The notes under the pieces were generated by a model. That model made no database searches. It was not told the origin of the DNA and worked only from the letters and a program-made list of their open reading frames with translations. A stretch of 64,000 nt of DNA from an uncultured archaeon (GTDB lineage Archaea > Asgardarchaeota > Thorarchaeia > Thorarchaeales > Thorarchaeaceae), in the NCBI GenBank assembly GCA_964610875.1, contig CAZSWP010000005.1:37728-101727 (forward strand), in the 5' to 3' direction. Below, one piece after another: positions 28,804-36,464 of this stretch; the first letter of the stretch is position 1; every line of letters begins with the position of its first letter. The position numbers were made by a program, and so were the translations under genes.

Positions 28804-31434
28804 TTGATTGTCGCTGAAGACCAAGAAACTGGAGAAATTCGCCAATTCATGGTCATTGATGCAAATGTGAGACTTGGAGTTGTTCAGGCAGGAACACATA
28901 TTCGTACATTCGATCCCAAGCGCTTACTAAATTACTATACACTAGTAGAAAATCAGTTGAATGATTATGCTGCAAGATATCCAAATTCTTTCAAGTTTCT
29001 CCCACGAAGAGCATATTCCTACTTGATGCAACCAGATATTCTAGGCGAACTAAGTGATAGCCCTCTTGATACAGGAGGCGACAACTGGTTCTCAGATTTG
29101 TTTATGATTTATTCTTTGGCAGACATCAGAGATAGACCGATTCCAAAGTATCAGCAGAAAGCAAACATAGATTCATCATTTCGATGGTCAACGACCGCAC
29201 CTTGGGGCACACGAACATATTATCTCCAAGATCTTAGATATGGTAGTAGCTCTAGAAGAGGCTGGGGATGTGTGGTAGATGCGAGTAGGATTACCGATAC
29301 CATGAGGGGTTCAGAAAGAAATGATCTTATCCAGTATGTTTCAAAGGGACTTCCAATTTTCCTCGAGCTAAACGAACTGTCTGATTTTGATGAATTGATG
29401 CAATGGTTAGTTAATCTTAAGGAGAGTGGTCTCCCAGCACCAAAAATAGTCTACTCGATAAGAACTCATAAAAATTGGAGAGGAAAACTGAGTGAACTCT
29501 TAGAGATTCCAAGTAGCTATCTACTGATATCAGGCTCTATGATCACAACACTTTCTGATCTAGTCAATGACACACAATTTGCTAACAATGAAGAATGGTC
29601 ACGAAGGCTGATTTATGGTAGTGCATACCCTGAAACACAGAATGGAGATGGCATTCCAGAAATCTTGAGTTTCTTACTAAGTAAAACACTTGATGCATCA
29701 CCCGAAGCTTTACAACGAGTACTAGCTGGAAATATACTCTCCTTACTACCACCCAAACCCCCGTTCATCAAATACAGAGAACCAAGTATGACGGCTGTTC
29801 TGGAAGGGACACTCGGAAGGACGGGACTAGTCGAGCTATCTAGAGTTCTTAGACTTTTATCCGCCAAGGGAGAAGCAGATATTGTGTCATTGGATCCGAT
29901 GATAAGTGATGACGGTGGAAAAGTCACATCGAACCCATTAGTTCTCACTCTTAGAAAACCCAATAGTACCGAGGGAATTAGTTTTATTGTATTTCGTGAA
30001 AGAAACGGCTCACTTCATATAGCAGGATGGAAATCAGCTTATGATGAGAAAATAATTGATAGAGATACAGGGAATATCAGCACTCTGCTAAGAACAATAT
30101 CAAAAACAGATGCATCTATATTAGAATCTCCTGAACATCTTGTAACTTTCATCCACACCCTACTCATGAATGTCCATGTCGAAGACCTCCAAGGAGCGAT
30201 CTCCGCATTACACTTCAAGTTACTCTCCCATGATGGAAAGCCGGGAGTTTTACATATCAATGAACATGACGCAGAAATGATTGGAATATCAGACGGAGAG
30301 ATGCTTCTAGTAATAGATTATGATACAGGACAATGGTGGGGAAATAAATCACGAATAACAAGAACCTGTACTGAAAGATGTGTGATAATGGATGCAAAAG
30401 AAATGGTCCTAAGGGGGCTTTCAGAAGCTGCACGCTTAGATGTAATCAAATATACTGGACCAATCAAGGATCTTTCGGATATGGCTTTATCATACAACAT
30501 TCCGTTAGAATTTGAAGTCGAAACAAACGCATATTTACAAATCCAGAAGGAGAAACTTTTGAAAGGTCTGAAAGGCCTCTACATCAGTCGTGGCTCTCGG
30601 ATACAAATAGGACATTCAGAGAATCCAATCAGCATGATTCTTGCAGGTTCAACACCTGAAATTGAAAATGGCCAACTTGGTTATATTTCTGATGTCCGTT
30701 TAGATTTCGTATCGGACCAATTCTTGAAAGCCATTAATATCATTCTCTGTTTCATTCCTGATAATTCAATGAAGAATAAGGACATATCTTTCGAAACGAA
30801 ATTCTCTACGATTCAAGCATTAGAAACCATTACGTTACACACAAAGGACATCGATAGCAGAATAAAACAATTCCAGGATGAATTGGAAAGAAGAGATGCT
30901 GCATTGTTATTCAGTTTCATCCTGATGAATGCAATTCAGTATAATAATTCAGAAGGTAAATTTGGTTTAGTAGATGTGTCTGAGAAAGCAGCAAAATTCT
31001 CGGTTCAAAAACAAGATTCGATACAGTCATACGTTTCATTTGCTGATGAGTTATGTACTCGAGAAGTATTAATTTCAGTTCTTTATTTCATTTCAGACAC
31101 AATGGAGGTTGTGACGAACAAATCTAATTTGAATCAAGGTTATAGAGCAATTGCAGAGCTAATGGAAGATTTTGGCAATGATCTACCAACTCTGGTATTG
31201 ATACTCGGCTCTGATATGGGAGACCAGAGTTACGAAAAATATCCCTTTTTGAAATCAATTTTAAAGATGGAACGATATCAAATGGAATACTTGAATTTCC
31301 AGAAATCCTCAGAAAATAATGTGACTTTCACCATCCCTGAAGGGATTAAAGGACGTGTTATACCAATTGAAGAGTTCTCAGTTCATTCTGTGATTGGATA
31401 TTTGGCAATGATGATTGGTGGTTTGACACGTTAG
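28804..31434 (+). CDS. Fusion of degenerate amidohydrolase, Cdc48-N-like and degenerate vWA domains
   Basis: Colinear similarity to the 9107-10606 protein and then the 10676-11971 protein (see findings). Confidence 0.75.
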   Translation: MIVAEDQETGEIRQFMVIDANVRLGVVQAGTHIRTFDPKRLLNYYTLVENQLNDYAARYPNSFKFLPRRAYSYLMQPDILGELSDSPLDTGGDNWFSDLFMIYSLADIRDRPIPKYQQKANIDSSFRWSTTAPWGTRTYYLQDLRYGSSSRRGWGCVVDASRITDTMRGSERNDLIQYVSKGLPIFLELNELSDFDELMQWLVNLKESGLPAPKIVYSIRTHKNWRGKLSELLEIPSSYLLISGSMITTLSDLVNDTQFANNEEWSRRLIYGSAYPETQNGDGIPEILSFLLSKTLDASPEALQRVLAGNILSLLPPKPPFIKYREPSMTAVLEGTLGRTGLVELSRVLRLLSAKGEADIVSLDPMISDDGGKVTSNPLVLTLRKPNSTEGISFIVFRERNGSLHIAGWKSAYDEKIIDRDTGNISTLLRTISKTDASILESPEHLVTFIHTLLMNVHVEDLQGAISALHFKLLSHDGKPGVLHINEHDAEMIGISDGEMLLVIDYDTGQWWGNKSRITRTCTERCVIMDAKEMVLRGLSEAARLDVIKYTGPIKDLSDMALSYNIPLEFEVETNAYLQIQKEKLLKGLKGLYISRGSRIQIGHSENPISMILAGSTPEIENGQLGYISDVRLDFVSDQFLKAINIILCFIPDNSMKNKDISFETKFSTIQALETITLHTKDIDSRIKQFQDELERRDAALLFSFILMNAIQYNNSEGKFGLVDVSEKAAKFSVQKQDSIQSYVSFADELCTREVLISVLYFISDTMEVVTNKSNLNQGYRAIAELMEDFGNDLPTLVLILGSDMGDQSYEKYPFLKSILKMERYQMEYLNFQKSSENNVTFTIPEGIKGRVIPIEEFSVHSVIGYLAMMIGGLTR

Positions 31435-31443
31435 TAATTGACA

Positions 31444-31710
31444 TTATTTGATACTAAATCCAGATAGATTCTTTTCAAGTGATAGTATTTTACTCTCAAT
31501 TGATTCCAGGGATTCCAATATAGCATCTGTAGTTTTAATCAATTCCGCCTCTACAGAACTATTCTCATCTTTATTATGGATTTCAGCTTTCTGTTGAACA
31601 ATCAATTCTTCTAAGGCAGTAATTCGTGCGCTTATACTATGTAAAATCTTCAGATTTCTTTCTATGGATTTGTATTTATCAACAGCAGACATTTTATCAT
31701 TCTTCACCAA
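31444..31710 (-). CDS. Small coiled-coil protein
   Basis: 88 aa with heptad pattern; overlaps the upstream gene's stop. Confidence 0.6.
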   Translation of the reverse strand: MVKNDKMSAVDKYKSIERNLKILHSISARITALEELIVQQKAEIHNKDENSSVEAELIKTTDAILESLESIESKILSLEKNLSGFSIK

Positions 31711-32905
31711 GAACTCTCTTCATATCATTCTCAATTCCTTCAAGCCTTCTTACCAAGTCTTCTAATCTCTGTGTGACATTTCTAATCCTAACATCAATTT
31801 GACTTGATCTCGTTCGATCGTGATGTGTTTGATATGAGGATTTACTAAGGACAAGATTTTCTAGTCTCTCCAACCTATCAAGTAATCCGAGTATATCAAC
31901 TTCTTTCATAATTTTCTGAATAGATGTAATCTTTTCTTCAAGAGCAGGTGATTCAGTATATACTGCTTGCTTTTCCTTCTCTCTTTCCTTTCTTACGACA
32001 ACTTTTGGTTCAATTGCTTGAGAGGGTATTTCTTCAGATGATTTAGCCCAAAGGGGAAGCAGTAATGCTGATGATAATTTTTCTATTCTATTATGTGCGT
32101 ATACTCCGAAGAATGCAACACCATTTGGGCGATTCCAGAGAATAATCTCAGTTCTATTGCTTTTCATCAATAAACAAGCTGCGACTAACTCTTTTGAATG
32201 TCGTTCACCGACCACGGAGGTAAGACTTTCTGTAAATAACAATCCGAAGATTGGAGAGTGCTTCAAATTCTCTGTGCGAACTTGGGATTCATCATCATCT
32301 TCAGATTTTTTTACAGCTTCTCGTAACCAAGTACGTGGCACCAGTTTTTGGGTGGGAATGTCCACTACTAGACCTTCAGTAATATCACCATTGGCAATAT
32401 CAGATCGGATAGTTTCAATGTAATCAATATTGGGTTCATCAAAATCAGTTGAAATATCTTTTCCCATTTTATACTGCAATAAAAGGGTAACAATTTCATG
32501 CGAAGTCAATCCATCACTAATTATAATCATAAAGTAAAGGAAAGGTTTACCAGATTTTCTTCTCGCAAAGAGTGTATATTTTTTGTTTTGACTGCCTTGA
32601 GGCCCAAGGATTGCCATTGCATAGTTACCCTCTGTAGAAATATCACGGTCTATGAATGCTTTTAGGAGCCTTTGAGTCGGTTGTATATATTCAGCCTGAT
32701 TGCTTTTTGAAGAAACTGACCCTTTTATGTCGACCACATCAAAATGTTCCTCTATTTTTTCGACTTTATTACCTAGCTCAATTTCTCCCACTATGTATCC
32801 CAATATTTTCCCCGAATCCTTGAGTGATTTCATTTTTGAAATTGTATCATTCACTATAATTGACCCTCCGAGATAATTTTGAGAATATAGATGTAACAAT
32901 TTCAT
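31697..32905 (-). CDS. Hypothetical protein with C-terminal coiled coil
   Basis: 402-aa ORF; LLDRLERLENL, LEDLVRRLEGIE; true start probably near 32850-32832. Confidence 0.7.
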   Translation of the reverse strand: MKLLHLYSQNYLGGSIIVNDTISKMKSLKDSGKILGYIVGEIELGNKVEKIEEHFDVVDIKGSVSSKSNQAEYIQPTQRLLKAFIDRDISTEGNYAMAILGPQGSQNKKYTLFARRKSGKPFLYFMIIISDGLTSHEIVTLLLQYKMGKDISTDFDEPNIDYIETIRSDIANGDITEGLVVDIPTQKLVPRTWLREAVKKSEDDDESQVRTENLKHSPIFGLLFTESLTSVVGERHSKELVAACLLMKSNRTEIILWNRPNGVAFFGVYAHNRIEKLSSALLLPLWAKSSEEIPSQAIEPKVVVRKEREKEKQAVYTESPALEEKITSIQKIMKEVDILGLLDRLERLENLVLSKSSYQTHHDRTRSSQIDVRIRNVTQRLEDLVRRLEGIENDMKRVLGEE

Positions 32906-33992
32906 TGGTTTCCGAATCAGTACTAGCTCTAGTTACACTGCCATTCATAACTGCACCTATTCCATCTAGAAGAGGTGAATCAACATTATCACCAAGAGAA
33001 ATACACCAAAAGGAAACAAAACCGCACAGGTCTGATTCCTTTAGAAGTTTAATAGGATTGGGACCAGAAGAATATGCACCATTGGAAATTAGAATCATTA
33101 ACACATCGTATCCATTTTCTTCGCACATCAGGTTGGTGTACTCTATTGCTGCAACCAGAGCTCTTCCAGGATTTGCAGGACCTATTGAAATTTCATCCGA
33201 TTTTGTATGAAGCCAATTTTCATAAGCAGCAATTATTGAACTATCAGATATTTGTGTGAGTATTGTTTTTTCACCGGTATCAGTAGAATACGTTTCAAAG
33301 AACACAGGCTCACTAGAATAGATAGCTGAAGCAAAGAGAGAATATTCCTGTTCAGAATGGAGGAACCGAATGATTTTTCCGGTTAGGTCACAAATCCAGT
33401 TTTCTACAGGATTCTCAATGCTACCTTCGGATTTTGCCTTCTTAATGATAGAAACATCAACGAGTGTGAAGAGATTGATTTTTCTCTTGCTCTTTGCAAT
33501 GGCGGGGACGAGTTCAACACGTTGAAGTTCGCTCCATTTGATTTTTGCAAAATGCTTTGATTTTGGGACAAGACTATCAATTACTAATTTAATGCCAAGT
33601 GAATCGAATTCAAGAACATCTCCCTCTCTTAGAATCAATCCATCTAACAAAGGCTTGAGATCTCGAATTCTCTGAGATAAAGCTTCAGCAATATCTTGAC
33701 TATCAATACCCTTGGTAGAAACCACTGAGAGAACAGCTTCTCTACAATTTACAATATCACCATCAACGATGGAGAGACTAACAAGTGAATCATCTGAACA
33801 GCCAATTCTTTGCTGTATTGAATTATCTAGTATGATTATGTCAGGAGGCACTCTATCTGATTGTTTCAAAGTAGTAATAGCATGTTTTCCATTGAACTCC
33901 ACAAAAACAGGACCTTCCTCAAAACCATTGGGAATCGATTTGACAAAGCTGATTCCTCTTTGATTACGTCCATTTTTGCATTGAACTTTCAA
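32847..33992 (-). CDS. Cdc48-N-like domain fused to degenerate vWA (paralog of 10676-11971)
   Basis: IIILDNSIQQRIGCSDDSLVSL, LDGLILREGD; NLFTLVDVS, NPGRAL, MILISNGAYSSGPNPIKLLKE, CISLG. Confidence 0.7.
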   Translation of the reverse strand: MKVQCKNGRNQRGISFVKSIPNGFEEGPVFVEFNGKHAITTLKQSDRVPPDIIILDNSIQQRIGCSDDSLVSLSIVDGDIVNCREAVLSVVSTKGIDSQDIAEALSQRIRDLKPLLDGLILREGDVLEFDSLGIKLVIDSLVPKSKHFAKIKWSELQRVELVPAIAKSKRKINLFTLVDVSIIKKAKSEGSIENPVENWICDLTGKIIRFLHSEQEYSLFASAIYSSEPVFFETYSTDTGEKTILTQISDSSIIAAYENWLHTKSDEISIGPANPGRALVAAIEYTNLMCEENGYDVLMILISNGAYSSGPNPIKLLKESDLCGFVSFWCISLGDNVDSPLLDGIGAVMNGSVTRASTDSETNEIVTSIFSKLSRRVNYSE

Positions 33993-34003
33993 CTGATTTA
34001 CCC

Positions 34004-35137
34004 CTAGTAGAGTCGTGTTGTGTATATCTTGGATGAAATAGACTTTGAACCATAGAATATCTCAACTTTAATTGAAGCCTTTCCTTTGAATTCAGTCATA
34101 GGGACCAATCGGAATGTTATTTCCCTGTCAGTTTTAGGTCCAATATCATGATGCTCACTTGCTATCTCAGAAACATCTTCTTCAGTAATTAGATTAGCAA
34201 CCAATCGTATTCCCATTAATGTTGCACTCGGATTTCTTACTCTTATGACGTAATCAAATGCCTTACCTACAATGATGGCATCCGGAATATGACTCATCTC
34301 AATTTCTAATTCCATTTGACTACTTGTTAACGGCTGACCTTTTGGCCATCGTGCAATTTTACCTAACTCCAACAACCGAGAGAGTGATGTTTTCAAGCTT
34401 CGTAATTCCATATTCAGCTCTGATGCTGCTGTTGCCATGTCAAACGACCCATCGTTTGCTTCATAGAACTGTAAAACCCTGCGGTCATCAGCTATTAAAT
34501 CACTCACTCCTTCTAAGATTTTTAGTATCGCTTGTGGAAGCTGGGATGCTTCACTCAATGAATAGTACTTGCCATTATCAACTGCTTCAGAAATCTCTCT
34601 GAAAGAGGTTTCAACAAGTGGATTGCAACCACATACAAAAATGAAAGCAGTATCACCATGATCTGATTTCATGGCTCGGACCTCATCTCGAGGATCATAT
34701 CCCTTTGGGCAACCATTTGGAAAATAGTCATCACCCAATTGATTGTATTCATTCCCGTGTGGTGGAGCATCACCAACAAGTAGAAGAACTTTGTATGCAT
34801 CCTTGTCCCATGAAAGTTTCACTCGAGCATCATGCAATCCATCAGCAACGGCTTCAGGTGTGTCTCCACCTTCTGATGGCTTTAGTCTAGATATTACCTT
34901 ATGTACATCTTTTATTTTCTCGGTGAAATCAAATATTCTGGTCACATAGGTTCTATCTTGAGGTGGATGGTCTCTATATGAAACAATTCCAAATCTGATA
35001 GTCAGACCTGTAGTTTTTGATACAATTTTATCAACTATTCTGAAGAGCGAGTCTTTCACAGCATTAATGTCGTCTTTCATGGATCCAGTTGTGTCAACCA
35101 CAAATGCAACATCGAGTTTCGCTTTCTGTAACGGAAT
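34004..35137 (-). CDS. vWA-domain protein with winged-helix and C-terminal Ig-like domains
   Basis: LDVAFVVDTTGSM, FGIVSYRDH, GGDTPEA, LSW, LVGDAPPHG; the first vWA strand lies upstream of the GTG at 35101. Confidence 0.8.
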   Translation of the reverse strand: MPLQKAKLDVAFVVDTTGSMKDDINAVKDSLFRIVDKIVSKTTGLTIRFGIVSYRDHPPQDRTYVTRIFDFTEKIKDVHKVISRLKPSEGGDTPEAVADGLHDARVKLSWDKDAYKVLLLVGDAPPHGNEYNQLGDDYFPNGCPKGYDPRDEVRAMKSDHGDTAFIFVCGCNPLVETSFREISEAVDNGKYYSLSEASQLPQAILKILEGVSDLIADDRRVLQFYEANDGSFDMATAASELNMELRSLKTSLSRLLELGKIARWPKGQPLTSSQMELEIEMSHIPDAIIVGKAFDYVIRVRNPSATLMGIRLVANLITEEDVSEIASEHHDIGPKTDREITFRLVPMTEFKGKASIKVEIFYGSKSISSKIYTTRLY

Positions 35138-35245
35138 CCACTCCTGTTAGAATTCAAATACAGTAGCAATTAAGCCTTTGCAGAAAAAAAGACAAGCAAA
35201 GGAAATTTTAGAAACTTTGCAGGAATATTAGACCTGTGAAAGGAC

Positions 35246-35626
35246 ATGAATGAAAGTGAAATTAGAATTGTCATAGAGTTTGAAAACAATATAGTGATGG
35301 AAATCATACTGGACAGAGTCCTTGCACCACTGATTGTAGAGTCGATTATCTCACGTTTGCCAATGGAAGGAAAAGCCGCATTTCTTAGAGGTGAGATGAA
35401 TATAACTCTAGAACTGAATAAAGGAAATTTGAAACCAACAAAGACTGTGAAAAGAGGAGATGTGGCTTATGTGCCCCTTGGTGATACACTATGTATCTAT
35501 ACTCAGGATAAGTCAACATTTAGTCAGGTGAATATAATAGGGCATGTCATTTCAAAATCAGAGGGACTGGAGCTTTTGCATGAAGTAAGAAGGGGCAGTC
35601 AAGCAACAATTCGTTTAGTAGATTGA
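35246..35626 (+). CDS. Cyclophilin-like fold protein (TM1367/DUF369 type)
   Basis: LAPLIVESIISRLP, GDVAYVPLGDTLCIY, VNIIG. Confidence 0.75.
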   Translation: MNESEIRIVIEFENNIVMEIILDRVLAPLIVESIISRLPMEGKAAFLRGEMNITLELNKGNLKPTKTVKRGDVAYVPLGDTLCIYTQDKSTFSQVNIIGHVISKSEGLELLHEVRRGSQATIRLVD

Positions 35627-35629
35627 AAA

Positions 35630-36187
35630 TCACAACCTCTGTAAACTTTTGATCAGCGACCGATTTTCATCAGACTCGATTTCAGTTGGATCTACTACCA
35701 TCCCAGATTCATGTGTTTCTATAACTACTTCAACACCTGAATCAGCTACCTTCTTAAAACCTCGTGAAGAAGTAGCACGAACTGTTAATGTCCGAGTGTC
35801 AAATTCTGTCTTTCCACTAGCCTCAACAGCTTGTGTATCAGTTCTGATTTTTGATTTTGCAACTCGTAGTTGTTCCTTTGTTTCGGCCAACTGAATTTGT
35901 AAAGTTTTTCTTGATGCTTTTTCTTCTGCAAATTGCTGTTTGATATCTTCGTATTCAGTAACAGCAACGAAATCTTTGGTTTTATCAATCCATGTAACTG
36001 TAGTACCATTGAATCTACGCTTTGTTGTTACTTGGTTAAGAGCTCTAAGAATAGCTATTACATCATACACTCGTCTTTTCGGTACTCCTAGAGTTTCAGC
36101 TAACTGATCACTCCTAATACCCTCTTCATTTGACTCTTTAAGCATACGAATGGCTTGTCTAGCCAGATTTACCAGCTTCAAATGCAC
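35630..36187 (-). CDS. E2F/DP-like winged-helix transcription factor
   Basis: LAETLGVPKRRVYDVIAILRALNQV matches the E2F/DP RRxYD signature; followed by a coiled coil and a beta-rich tail. Confidence 0.75.
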   Translation of the reverse strand: MHLKLVNLARQAIRMLKESNEEGIRSDQLAETLGVPKRRVYDVIAILRALNQVTTKRRFNGTTVTWIDKTKDFVAVTEYEDIKQQFAEEKASRKTLQIQLAETKEQLRVAKSKIRTDTQAVEASGKTEFDTRTLTVRATSSRGFKKVADSGVEVVIETHESGMVVDPTEIESDENRSLIKSLQRL

Positions 36188-36464
36188 ACCCCACTAGGTT
36201 CCGAAAATAACCTCGACAAAGAGGTTCCTAATTTATCTACCTTAGGTTCTATTTTAGTGTTTGTGTTATGAGTTGCGATTTTTCGAGATTGAATCCGTTT
36301 TCGAAAAACCGAAATAACGATTATTAGTGATTTCTTTCGATTTATGGAAATCCTCTTCCAGAAATGAGAGAGATTTCGATATTCAGTACTACCGACAATT
36401 TCATAACGAAGAACAAAAGTCCTCTGACTCAGACTTCAACCCTTCAATGGGGAGTGACAATTTC

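Noticed and set aside
36327-36464. N-terminal extension of the COG2403 ORF
   Set aside because: Family similarity begins at MSRKKVIILG, which has an SD-like GGAGTG upstream
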